Shown here in pieces: positions 17,502 to 26,195 of a stretch of 64,000 nucleotides of DNA. Positions within the stretch are counted from its first letter, which is position 1. The number at the start of each line of letters is the position of its first letter. Under the pieces are notes generated by a model. That model did not search any database. It saw only the letters and a program-made list of their open reading frames with translations, and had not been told where the DNA came from. The position numbers and the translations under genes were made by a program. Source of the DNA: Candidatus Saccharimonadia bacterium (GTDB lineage: Bacteria; Patescibacteriota; Saccharimonadia; UBA4664); NCBI GenBank assembly GCA_035544015.1, contig DATKIP010000012.1, positions 182,393-246,392 on the forward strand, in the 5' to 3' direction.

Positions 17502-18078
17502 TGGTGACCCCCGACCCCATGGTCGCTTTAATCGTAAAGTTCACACCCGTCTTGTCGCCACTGTCCACACTCTGAATCGTCACATCCGAAAAGTACGGGC
17601 TATTGCTAGCCAACGCCGAGCTACCCACCGTCACATTCGATCCAATCAACGCTCGCGCCAGCTTGGCCACCTCAGCATAGGTCGGCGCCACCCCGCGCAC
17701 CGTCAGCACATTCTGATTGTCCGCGGACAGCGACGAAATCGTGGTACTTACCGGGCTAGCCTCGCTATAAGCCTTGAAGAATTTCGTGAGGTACACGCGC
17801 TGGTCATACAATGCCGGCAACGCCTTCAGGTGCTCTTCGGCAGTCAACGCGTCGAGCAAGCCCGCCACATTTTCCAGATCGGTCTTGCCTTGCGTAATCG
17901 CCTTCGTGTGATTACTAATCGACACTTTTTGCCCCGCCGCGATGATCGACATCAAAGCCACCACCGCGCCGCACACGATCCAAATCGTCACCGATACCCC
18001 CGACACCAACTGCCGGCGCCGGCGCTCACGCAGCTTAGCCTGCCGCAGATCCGGCAGCAGGTTGATCAGCGTGCTCAT
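17488..18078 (-). CDS. pilN: Pilus assembly protein PilN-like
   Basis: 196 aa. INLLP motif at the N-terminus, single TM. 4-bp overlap with pilM. Confidence 0.7.
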   Translation of the reverse strand: MSTLINLLPDLRQAKLRERRRRQLVSGVSVTIWIVCGAVVALMSIIAAGQKVSISNHTKAITQGKTDLENVAGLLDALTAEEHLKALPALYDQRVYLTKFFKAYSEASPVSTTISSLSADNQNVLTVRGVAPTYAEVAKLARALIGSNVTVGSSALASNSPYFSDVTIQSVDSGDKTGVNFTIKATMGSGVTSGSN

Positions 18079-19115
18079 GCGATGTACCCCCGGCCCGCCA
18101 GGCCCACCGCCGCGGCATACTCCACCGAGAGGCCCATGAGCTTATCTTGCAGCCCGGAGGGGTACGACACATTTACCCACGCATTACCAAACTCCACCGG
18201 CAACCCGGTCGAGTTGGCCAAAAACGGCCCCAGCTCGGGCAGGCTCGATGGCCCGCCCGTCACCACCAGCTTCTCGAGCTTCACATCCGGATACCGGCCC
18301 AAAAAGTACTTCGTAGATTTCTCCACTTCACTCACCAGGTTGTCGAGCGTCGGCTTGATCGCCTTAAATACCTGGCCTTCCAGCTTGCTCTGCGTCAAAC
18401 CAAACTTGAACGTAAACTGGTTCGCCTGCACCTCGTCGAGGCCCAGGTTTTGCGCCACCGACCGCACCATCGTAGTACCGCCCACCGACACCGAGCGGAT
18501 CAGCCGCGGCGCGTTGTTCCACACGATCGAGATATCCGACTCCAGCGAGCCAAAATCCACCACCACCACGGCTAGGTTGTTGGCCGGCATCAGCGCCCGC
18601 GCCACTGCCGTCGCGTTGGGCTCCATGGCCAGCGGCTCAAGACCGGCCTTTTCCAAAATGCTCACATAACGCTCAATCGCCGAATTCGGCGCCGCTACCA
18701 GCAGCACCTCTAGCTGCTTGCCGTCCTTGCTCTGGTCAATCACCGACCAATCCAGCTTCACTTGGTCGAGCGCCATCGGAATATACTGCTCCGCCTGATA
18801 CCGAATCGCCTTCGCCAACTGCGCGTTATCAAGCTTCGGCGTCGTGATCACGGTCGCAAACACCTTGTTGGCCGATAGTCCCACCACCACATTCTTGAGC
18901 GCCACCCGATTCTCGCGCACCAGCTGCCGAATCAGCTCCGCCACCTTGTCTTGATCGAGCTGCGAATCACTCGCCGTCAGGTTGGCCGGAGCCGGCAAAG
19001 CCCCGTACGCCACCAGCGCCGGATGGTCTCCGCCGCGCCGCAGCTGCACCAGCCGGATCGCCGACGAACCAATGTCCAGGCCAAAAAATTCCGTGTCTTT
19101 TACGAACAGTCCCAT
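18075..19115 (-). CDS. pilM: Pilus assembly ATPase-like protein PilM (actin/FtsA fold)
   Basis: 346 aa. N-terminal GLDIGSSAIRLVQL phosphate-1 motif, VVDFGSLESDISIV, VVTGGPSSLPEL. Confidence 0.85.
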   Translation of the reverse strand: MGLFVKDTEFFGLDIGSSAIRLVQLRRGGDHPALVAYGALPAPANLTASDSQLDQDKVAELIRQLVRENRVALKNVVVGLSANKVFATVITTPKLDNAQLAKAIRYQAEQYIPMALDQVKLDWSVIDQSKDGKQLEVLLVAAPNSAIERYVSILEKAGLEPLAMEPNATAVARALMPANNLAVVVVDFGSLESDISIVWNNAPRLIRSVSVGGTTMVRSVAQNLGLDEVQANQFTFKFGLTQSKLEGQVFKAIKPTLDNLVSEVEKSTKYFLGRYPDVKLEKLVVTGGPSSLPELGPFLANSTGLPVEFGNAWVNVSYPSGLQDKLMGLSVEYAAAVGLAGRGYIA

Positions 19116-19212
19116 GGCCTAAACTTTACCATAACCATTATACAAGTGAAACCATTTTCCACTTCCCTCCCCAGCCCCCACCAGACGCCCCAGGTGACGC
19201 GCCGGAGGGCAT

Positions 19213-19294
19213 GGGTGAGGGAATGCTATCCGCCAAACAACACCGCGCAACGTAGTTGGCAAAAAGGCCGAGTTCGGATCGCACTCCCTCACCC
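19213..19294. repeat. Intergenic palindromic element, copy A (10-bp terminal inverted repeat gggtgaggga/tccctcaccc flanking a ~62-bp core)
   Basis: The core (gccaaacaacaccgcgcaac…ggcaaaaagg…gagttcg) closely matches the core of a second element at 32785..32878. Confidence 0.5.
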
Positions 19295-19314
19295 ACTCCC
19301 GCAGGAGCCAATCC

Positions 19315-21213
19315 CTAAAACAGCGGCGCCCTCTCACCCTGCCCCTGCAGCAAAATATCATCAATACTAGAATCAAAATATTTCGGCGGGTTGAGATAAA
19401 TCTGCGGCGTCAGCACCACCTGCTCGCTCACCGGAGTACCGTTGGTGTTCGCCGCTCCGAGCCGGCCAAAAATCAGCTGTTTGCCCATCATGAAGCCGTT
19501 AATACGCAAAGTTGGAGTCGAACACGCCGCCGCCACCGCGTTACACGTATTAATAGTCCCGTTCGAGAACAGATACGCATCCACCCGCGTCACCGCCGGG
19601 TCAATCGAAATCCCGCCGTTCGCAATAATTCCCAGCGACGACACGCTGTGCGCCGGCAAAATCGTCGGATTGAGCGTAATATTCCCCGTAATCTCCACGC
19701 TGCCGTTCGTCACGATCGTCACCGGCCGGCGCGCTACCCCCGGTGCCAGCGGATTACCCACGGTCCCGTGCAGCTTAAGCGGGGACACACCGATGTAGTA
19801 ATACACTCCCTCTTCATTGCCCGTCAGGAAAAAATCCTGCACGGGGATCGTGGTGTACCCCGGCCCCGACATGCCCGCCGCTGCAATCCCATAAATATCC
19901 GGCCGCTGCAAACAAGCGTAGCCACCGTTCACCCCTAGCCTCAGCGAATCAGCCGCCGCATTATTATTGGAAGCAAAATTACTAATGCCCGCCGTCGCCG
20001 ACACCGCATACTGGCCAAATGAGGCCCCGCTGGCGTTGGTCTGCACATAGCCGTTAGCCGCCGGCTGAGTACAATCGCCGGCATGCACATCGCCGCTATC
20101 GGCCTCGATGCCCGGCACGCGCCGCGAGATCACGCGAAAATGCAGCTGCACATGATCCTGCGCCCCCGCCAAGTTCGTCGGCTCAAACCACACGTCCACC
20201 GTAAACGTACTCCCCACCGGCGCTGTTGCCGGCACCGTAAAGGTCACGCGTCCGTTCGTGGCACCTGCACCCATCCCCGTCACATTCCAAAACCAGTTCT
20301 TGCCTACCACCCCCCCAATGGCCGAAGCCGATCTAAACCCGTCGCCAGAAGAATGCCCCCCCGTGAGCACCGATTGCTGCGCCGGCGTCGTGGCGCACGC
20401 CACCGGACACGGCGCGGTCGCAAACGCCGCCCCCGGATACATCACCTGCAAATCCCCCGGCTGCGAAGGTGCCGGGCCGCTATTCACCAGCCCCACGTTG
20501 ATATCCACCGGGTCACCCGCCACCACCTTGGCCACTCCAGCCACCTGCGGCGGATTCGACGACGCACTCAGATTTACATTAAAAGTTGGCTGGTTCAAGC
20601 CGTTCGCGTCGCCCAATGGGTTGGCGCAGGCCTCGCGAATCGCGTAAAAATCCGTCGTCGCCGGCTGGTGAAAAATAATCGCGTCCGGCGTCGAACCACC
20701 CGGATCGTTGTACCACGCATCGTCGTTCGGATTAGAACCCGGGCCGTTACCTTGCCAAAACGTGTTAGTGCTAAAAGCATGGGGCACTCCGTCGCAATTG
20801 GGCCCCCACGTAACCCAATTTTGGTCGCTGTAGTAGCGGACTCGGCCTTCCCAGTCCGCAATCAGCACCGTTAAGGCTGGGTTTACCGGCCACACCGTGC
20901 CAGCCGGCTTCCCCGTCATGGTCAGTACCAAAAACCGAGCCCCGGTTTTATCCTGAGGACTCCCCGAAACCAAGTAGGTCTTTATAGCCGCAATAAATGA
21001 CTCCACACACGGCTTTCCGGTCGGGCTCAGCGGAGCCGGGGTCGGATGAATGCCAGCGTTTAAAACATTGTCGCCCCAGTCATCAAATGCGTTCAAAAAA
21101 TACCCATGGTATTCCGCCCGCGCAAACGGCGCCGCCCAGGCCTCACCCATCGGCAGCAATACCGTCAGCACCGTGAGCACCGCCACTACCAGCCTCGAAA
21201 ATCGCTGCCTCAC
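19315..21213 (-). CDS. Secreted hypothetical protein (632 aa), pilus-cluster associated
   Basis: Signal peptide (…LLPMGEAWAAP). Gly/Asn/Thr-rich, no recognised catalytic motif. 4-bp overlap with the upstream TPR gene. Immediately upstream of pilM. Confidence 0.55.
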   Translation of the reverse strand: MRQRFSRLVVAVLTVLTVLLPMGEAWAAPFARAEYHGYFLNAFDDWGDNVLNAGIHPTPAPLSPTGKPCVESFIAAIKTYLVSGSPQDKTGARFLVLTMTGKPAGTVWPVNPALTVLIADWEGRVRYYSDQNWVTWGPNCDGVPHAFSTNTFWQGNGPGSNPNDDAWYNDPGGSTPDAIIFHQPATTDFYAIREACANPLGDANGLNQPTFNVNLSASSNPPQVAGVAKVVAGDPVDINVGLVNSGPAPSQPGDLQVMYPGAAFATAPCPVACATTPAQQSVLTGGHSSGDGFRSASAIGGVVGKNWFWNVTGMGAGATNGRVTFTVPATAPVGSTFTVDVWFEPTNLAGAQDHVQLHFRVISRRVPGIEADSGDVHAGDCTQPAANGYVQTNASGASFGQYAVSATAGISNFASNNNAAADSLRLGVNGGYACLQRPDIYGIAAAGMSGPGYTTIPVQDFFLTGNEEGVYYYIGVSPLKLHGTVGNPLAPGVARRPVTIVTNGSVEITGNITLNPTILPAHSVSSLGIIANGGISIDPAVTRVDAYLFSNGTINTCNAVAAACSTPTLRINGFMMGKQLIFGRLGAANTNGTPVSEQVVLTPQIYLNPPKYFDSSIDDILLQGQGERAPLF

Positions 21214-21734
21214 GGCGTACCTCCCACGCGCGTTATCGCCGCTTCAATCCGTGGCAGTTCGCCGGCGTGCTGCTTAGAAGTCCCGTCTTTGATCATCTTC
21301 TGGCACCGCTTATAGAAATCCAGCGCCACCGCCTTATTGCCGGCGCTCTCCGCCGCCCGCGCCACCGAAAAATCAATGCCGTACGTTTCCATCAAGGCCT
21401 GCCCCGTCTTGTACGCATCAAGCGCACCCGGAAAATCACCCTTAGCTTCATAATTTGAACCAATAGCCGCGTACAAGCTCAGCTTTTCTTCATTCGTCTT
21501 CACCGCCGTTAGCTGAGTCCGCAAAGAGGCTATCGCGGCGTCATACTTACCACTAAACGAATTGTCTTGAGCCTTGAGCAATGTCTGCTTGGTCGCCACC
21601 GCAGTATCCGGCTTTTGTAGCTTCATGAAGACAAAAACGCCCACAACCACCGCCAACACCACCACAACCACACCCGCACCCATCATCCGTGCGCGTCGCT
21701 TCGAAGCTCCAGTATCAATCACTACTTGCGGCAT
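21210..21734 (-). CDS. Membrane-anchored TPR-repeat protein (PilF/PilW-like candidate)
   Basis: N-terminal TM (GAGVVVVVLAVVVGVFVFM) plus about three TPR-like helical repeats (…AIGSNYEAKGDFPGALDAYKTGQAL…). Confidence 0.55.
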   Translation of the reverse strand: MPQVVIDTGASKRRARMMGAGVVVVVLAVVVGVFVFMKLQKPDTAVATKQTLLKAQDNSFSGKYDAAIASLRTQLTAVKTNEEKLSLYAAIGSNYEAKGDFPGALDAYKTGQALMETYGIDFSVARAAESAGNKAVALDFYKRCQKMIKDGTSKQHAGELPRIEAAITRVGGTP

Positions 21735-21816
21735 TTGAATTTACTCTAGGCCAATGCCGGCCTGCGGTCAAACTGCTTGCGCTTCGTGAACCAAAATAAA
21801 ATAATTGCGTGGACCA

Positions 21817-21851
21817 CGCGGGAGGGATGGCAGTGCGCCACCCCTCCCGCG
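21817..21851 (-). terminator. Rho-independent terminator (10-bp stem cgcgggaggg/ccctcccgcg, then U-rich tract on the minus strand)
   Basis: Lies 28 nt past the stop of the 21879..23132 gene. Minus-strand continuation …aattattttattttgg. Confidence 0.6.
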
Positions 21852-21878
21852 CGTTTAGTGCGACTTGCTAGCCCGATT

Positions 21879-23132
21879 TCACGCCCCCGTCACGTAGTGG
21901 CCTCCCACCTTGGACCACGCGGTCCATGTGCCGTTGGCGTGCTGGGTGCGTCGCTCGACCCGGAGGTTGGAGGCCCCCGAGAACGACACCGACCCCGCCA
22001 GCTTGCTGCGGCTGACCGTCAACACCACGCGGTTCTGGGCGTTGAGCACGCGCAACTCCTGGCCGTCCCCGAGGGTGTTGGGGACGAGCCGGAAGTCGTG
22101 GTGCCCCGATGCCTTCCCGTTGCAGGCGCAGGTGTCGGTCTCCGAGTGGGTGAAGGTGGGCAGCGGCGGGCAATCCGCCACCTGCTTGGGACCCGCCACC
22201 CAGGTACGGCTGAACGTGTAGCGGTACAGCACCGTCAGGGCCACCTTGTTGCGAGATGGCACCTTGATGGTCGCCGACTTCCCTGGCTTCACTGTGACGG
22301 CGGCGCTGGTGTACACGACCGGCTTGCCATCCTTCAGGACCGGCTTGCCGGCGCTGTCGAGCACGGGGAGCTGGTAGCCCACCTGCTCGGTCCAGATGGA
22401 CGCGTTCTTGATGGGAATCGTCCACACACCGGTTCCGACGCAGTTCAGCGCGCAAGCGAACTTGCCCACCGGCCGCGGCGGCGTCGGCGGCCTGCAGTTC
22501 GGGTTGTTGAGGTTCGGCACCGTGTAGGTACCCGGACCGGTCGAGAAGGTGCTCAGGTACGAGTCCTCGCCGTTACCCCGGCCGCCCTTCGTGAGGACGG
22601 ATGGGATGTGCGGGACCCGACCGTAGGCGGCGTACCCGTCGGACTGCGTGTAGCAGATGCCGTGAGGCGGCGCCTTGACGACGTACGAACCCCGGAAGGG
22701 ATTCTGGAACGGGTACACCTTGGTGGTGGCCACCAGTCCCTGTGGGAACAGGTGGGCCTTCCCGAGGCCTGGGTTGAGCTCCACCCAGACCGCCGCCCGG
22801 TAGTACAGCACCTTGCACAGCTTCTGGCTGACACTGACGCTGACGTCACCGGTGTTGCGGTTGTACGTGTGGTGCACTGCCGCCTTGGTGTTGTTGGTGC
22901 ACGCCGGCTTCGTGGCCGCGAGCTTCCTCACCGGCGGCTTCTTGGCCACCGGCGGTTTCGGTGCCGGCTTCGTGGCCGGCGGAGGCGGCTTCAGCCCGCC
23001 GATCGGCGGGGGCGCCGCACTGCCGTACGCGGTGCCCGAGGTGAGCGTTGCGCCCATCAGAGCCACGAGCAAGATCGCAAACGCTGCGATCCGCCCACGC
23101 CCCCCGACACGACCCGTCCTTCGTGGAGACAT
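21879..23132 (-). CDS. Secreted Pro-rich hypothetical protein (417 aa), very high GC
   Basis: Signal peptide/TM (IAAFAILLVALMGATLTSGTAYGSAA). PPPIGGLKPPPPATKPAPKPPVAKKPPV linker. Cys-rich C-terminal domain. Own promoter and terminator. Confidence 0.55.
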   Translation of the reverse strand: MSPRRTGRVGGRGRIAAFAILLVALMGATLTSGTAYGSAAPPPIGGLKPPPPATKPAPKPPVAKKPPVRKLAATKPACTNNTKAAVHHTYNRNTGDVSVSVSQKLCKVLYYRAAVWVELNPGLGKAHLFPQGLVATTKVYPFQNPFRGSYVVKAPPHGICYTQSDGYAAYGRVPHIPSVLTKGGRGNGEDSYLSTFSTGPGTYTVPNLNNPNCRPPTPPRPVGKFACALNCVGTGVWTIPIKNASIWTEQVGYQLPVLDSAGKPVLKDGKPVVYTSAAVTVKPGKSATIKVPSRNKVALTVLYRYTFSRTWVAGPKQVADCPPLPTFTHSETDTCACNGKASGHHDFRLVPNTLGDGQELRVLNAQNRVVLTVSRSKLAGSVSFSGASNLRVERRTQHANGTWTAWSKVGGHYVTGA

Positions 23133-23289
23133 ACAGTTCCTCCCCGTGACAGTCCCAAACTTCGGGACCCGATCCTGCGAGGCCCCCCGTGGGCCTCATC
23201 AGGATGCGGTGCAGCCACTCCCAAACAGAAGTAGCCACACCGCATCCCAAGACAGCCCCACAGAAAACAAAAAAATCGGACCAACTTGT

Positions 23290-23305
23290 CAAAGTTAAAA
23301 CTTTG
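23290..23305. promoter_or_regulatory. Palindrome caaagtt-aa-aactttg just downstream of the promoter of the 21879..23132 gene
   Basis: Perfect 7-bp arms. Positioned about +20 to +35 relative to the predicted TSS. Confidence 0.35.
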
Positions 23306-23328
23306 GCTCTGGCCAAATTTTCTTTGAA

Positions 23329-23357
23329 ACTATACAAAATATAGACGCTTTTGTCAA
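23329..23357 (-). promoter_or_regulatory. Strong sigma70-type promoter TTGACA-N17-TATAGT
   Basis: Minus-strand read cattgacaaaagcgtctatattttgtatagtttc. Drives the 21879..23132 gene with a ~190-nt structured leader. Confidence 0.55.
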
Positions 23358-23376
23358 TGATTCCGACTCCCGAAAT

Positions 23377-23559
23377 CTACACGGAATTGTCCCGTAACGC
23401 CTCGAGCTCGGCTATCTTCGCCCGAATTTGCTCCGCCACCTCAGGCAAATCAGCGTCCTCGGCATCAGCCAGATCATGATCCAGAGAAGATCCGCAGACT
23501 TCGTCCAAGTAGTCTGGATTACGAAAGCCCGCATCCACGAAAATGGTGTCCACGCTCAT
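23377..23559 (-). CDS. Small acidic hypothetical protein (60 aa), downstream member of an ATGA-coupled pair
   Basis: MSVDTIFVDAGFRNPDYLDEV…AEQIRAKIAELEALRDNSV. The start overlaps the stop of the upstream 76-aa ORF. Confidence 0.35.
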   Translation of the reverse strand: MSVDTIFVDAGFRNPDYLDEVCGSSLDHDLADAEDADLPEVAEQIRAKIAELEALRDNSV

Positions 23560-23786
23560 AGTCGCCAGGATATCTGCACCGGGAACAGGCTCTTCGCCGC
23601 CGCCTCCAGCTCTTGGGCCCGCCAAGCGTCCACCGCTTGCTGTGCTGCAGAGACTTCCGGGTCACCCTCCAAAGGCAAAGCATCCGGGTGATCATAGCCT
23701 TTCGCAACCAACCCAGCGAGCACCTGCAACACTTGTTCTCTCATATATCTCGGCTCTTGCTCGGGTGACGGACCCAATTCACCCAT
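23556..23786 (-). CDS. Small hypothetical protein (76 aa), upstream member of a coupled pair
   Basis: MGELGPSPEQEPRYMREQVLQVLAGLVAKGYDHPDALPLEGD… Helical. No antisense alternative looks protein-like. Confidence 0.35.
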   Translation of the reverse strand: MGELGPSPEQEPRYMREQVLQVLAGLVAKGYDHPDALPLEGDPEVSAAQQAVDAWRAQELEAAAKSLFPVQISWRL

Positions 23787-23876
23787 ACCGACCCTCCTTG
23801 ATCATCAAACTCACGGTAAGCACATCATAGTTGACCTCGCCTAGCCATACCATCCCCAAATCTGTAAAATAGCCCC

Positions 23877-24953
23877 ATGTCACTTTCCCTCGGCATCGTC
23901 GGCCTGCCCAACGTCGGCAAATCCACCCTCTTCAACGCGCTCACCAAGAACAATGTCTTGGCGGCCAACTACCCCTTTGCCACCATCGAGCCCAACGTCG
24001 GCATCGTGGCCCCACCCGATCCCCGCCTCGCAGCCCTCGCCGAGCTCTACCACACCGAGAAAATCGTGCCCGCCACGGTCACCTTCGTCGATATCGCCGG
24101 CATCGTACGCGGCGCCAGCGAGGGCCAGGGCATGGGCAACAAATTCCTCAGCCACATCCGCGAAGCCAGCGCCATCGTGCAGGTCGTGCGCGCCTTCTCT
24201 GACCCCAATGTGCTGCACGTCGACGGTGACCCCAATCCCCTGCGCGACATCGAAACCATCAACACCGAGCTCATCCTCGCCGATCTCGCCACCGTCGACG
24301 CCCGCCTGCGCCGGCTCGAAGGCGACGCCAAGCGCGACCCCAAAACCTTCGGACAGGTCCTCGAAATCACTCAAAAAGCTCGCGAAATTCTCGACCACGG
24401 ACAGCTCCTCGGCAGCGCCGGCCTCGATCTTGATTTGCTCAAAGACCTAAATTTACTCTCTGCCAAGCCATTTATTTTTGTGTTCAACATTGATGAACAA
24501 GATTTGAACAATAAAATTATGCAAAATGATCTGGCCAAATTAGTCGCTCCTGCCAGCAGTATTTTCTTGTGCGCACAGATCGAAGCCGAGCTCATTGACC
24601 TCCCGAACGACGAAGCCCAAGAGCTGCTCGCCGAGCTCGGCAGCACCCAATCTGGCCTCGACCAACTCGCCCACGCCGGCTTTGGCACACTCGGCCTGCA
24701 GACATACCTCACCGCCGGCCCCAAAGAAGTCCGCGCCTGGACCATCCCCCGCGATGCCACCGCCCCCGAAGCCGCCGGCGTCATTCACACCGATTTTCAA
24801 AAAGGCTTTATCAAAGCCGAAATCGTCAGCTACGACGACCTCATGGCCGCCGGCTCCCTGCCCGCTGCCCGCGCCGCCGGCAAGGCGCGGCTGGAAGGCA
24901 AAGATTACCTCATGCAAGACGGCGACGTAGTCGAATTCCGCTTTAATGTCTAA
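23877..24953 (+). CDS. ychF: Ribosome-binding ATPase YchF (Obg-like GTPase family)
   Basis: [16 protein letters not shown]1 motif, TGS-like C-terminus. 358 aa. Confidence 0.9.
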   Translation: MSLSLGIVGLPNVGKSTLFNALTKNNVLAANYPFATIEPNVGIVAPPDPRLAALAELYHTEKIVPATVTFVDIAGIVRGASEGQGMGNKFLSHIREASAIVQVVRAFSDPNVLHVDGDPNPLRDIETINTELILADLATVDARLRRLEGDAKRDPKTFGQVLEITQKAREILDHGQLLGSAGLDLDLLKDLNLLSAKPFIFVFNIDEQDLNNKIMQNDLAKLVAPASSIFLCAQIEAELIDLPNDEAQELLAELGSTQSGLDQLAHAGFGTLGLQTYLTAGPKEVRAWTIPRDATAPEAAGVIHTDFQKGFIKAEIVSYDDLMAAGSLPAARAAGKARLEGKDYLMQDGDVVEFRFNV

Positions 24954-25698
24954 CTACCAGGCCATATTTTTCGACCTCGACGGCACCGCCATCCCCAACC
25001 GGCGCGACGGCATGCCCTCAGAGCGGCTCGTGCGCACCGTCGCCGCTCACCGCGACCGCATCCACCTCGTAGCCGCCACGGGCCGGCCACTGCGCTACGC
25101 TATGCCCGTAATCGAGGCACTGGGACTCACCGCCCCCTGCATCATCTCCGGCGGCACCATTATCATTGATCCCGCCGACCACAAGGTCTTAAAAATCACC
25201 ACCTTGCCCCAAGCCGCAGTGCACGCCATTTTCAGCATCGTCAAAGACCACCCCTACTCACTATTTCTGCGGGAAGAACGCATAGCTTCGGACGCCCCCG
25301 CAATCCACCCCACCCTAGCCGAGGACCTCGAAATTATCTATGTCGGCCAGGTCCCAGCCGCAGACGTCGAGCATCTCAAAAGCACCATCGAAACCATCCC
25401 CAACCTCAGCGCCAATGTAGTACCCGACTGGAGCGGCGACGGCAGTTTCGCCTTCAACATCACCCACAGCGACGCCACCAAAGAGCACGCCGTCACCGAT
25501 GTGCTCACGCGGCTCGGCGTGCCCCGCGCAGCCAGCATCGGCATCGGCGATGGCGACAACGACCTGCATCTCTTCCGCTCCGTCGGCCTCAAAATCGCCA
25601 TGGGCAACGCCGGCCCCACCCTCAAAGCCGCAGCCGTCCTCATTGCGCCTCCCCTCGATGAGGACGGCCTCGCCCAGATGATCGAGCGTTACGCCTAA
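24946..25698 (+). CDS. HAD-superfamily hydrolase, Cof-like (subfamily IIB)
   Basis: FFDLDGT motif I. GIGDGDNDLHLF motif IV. Confidence 0.8.
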   Translation: MSNYQAIFFDLDGTAIPNRRDGMPSERLVRTVAAHRDRIHLVAATGRPLRYAMPVIEALGLTAPCIISGGTIIIDPADHKVLKITTLPQAAVHAIFSIVKDHPYSLFLREERIASDAPAIHPTLAEDLEIIYVGQVPAADVEHLKSTIETIPNLSANVVPDWSGDGSFAFNITHSDATKEHAVTDVLTRLGVPRAASIGIGDGDNDLHLFRSVGLKIAMGNAGPTLKAAAVLIAPPLDEDGLAQMIERYA

Positions 25699-26195
25699 GA
25701 TCGAAGCCGCATATCGAGCACTTCACCCTCCCCACCAAACAAGAACTCAGCCTCAATATACTTACCCACCAACACCTCCGGCAACCAATACCGATCATCA
25801 GCCCACATCTCGTCATATGGGAGTTCCCGCTCATCAAACCACCGTGGCGCCATTTCCTCGGTCTCCATCGGCTCACCTACCCACACCTCACATACATACA
25901 CCCGGCACAAAATATTCTGCATCTCAAAACCCGGATCACGCTCAAAATAAAACCTCAGCATCCCGGCCTCCGTAAGCGCGCCTACCTCGACGCCAATCTC
26001 CTCCGTCACCTCGCGCCGAGCCGCCGCTTCGTAGGTTTCGCCTGCCTCCAGCTTGCCACCCACCCCATTCCAATGCCCGGCGCCAAATCCCCGCTTCTTC
26101 ATGGCCAGCAACAGCTCGCCCGGCCGGCGCAAAAAGACCAACGTCACCTGCTTAAACGTTCCGTCGTGCGCCGCTTCATATTCCGCTAGCGTCAT
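25695..26195 (-). CDS. NUDIX hydrolase
   Basis: Nudix box GGKLEAGETYEAAARREVTEEIGV. Confidence 0.8.
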   Translation of the reverse strand: MTLAEYEAAHDGTFKQVTLVFLRRPGELLLAMKKRGFGAGHWNGVGGKLEAGETYEAAARREVTEEIGVEVGALTEAGMLRFYFERDPGFEMQNILCRVYVCEVWVGEPMETEEMAPRWFDERELPYDEMWADDRYWLPEVLVGKYIEAEFLFGGEGEVLDMRLRS

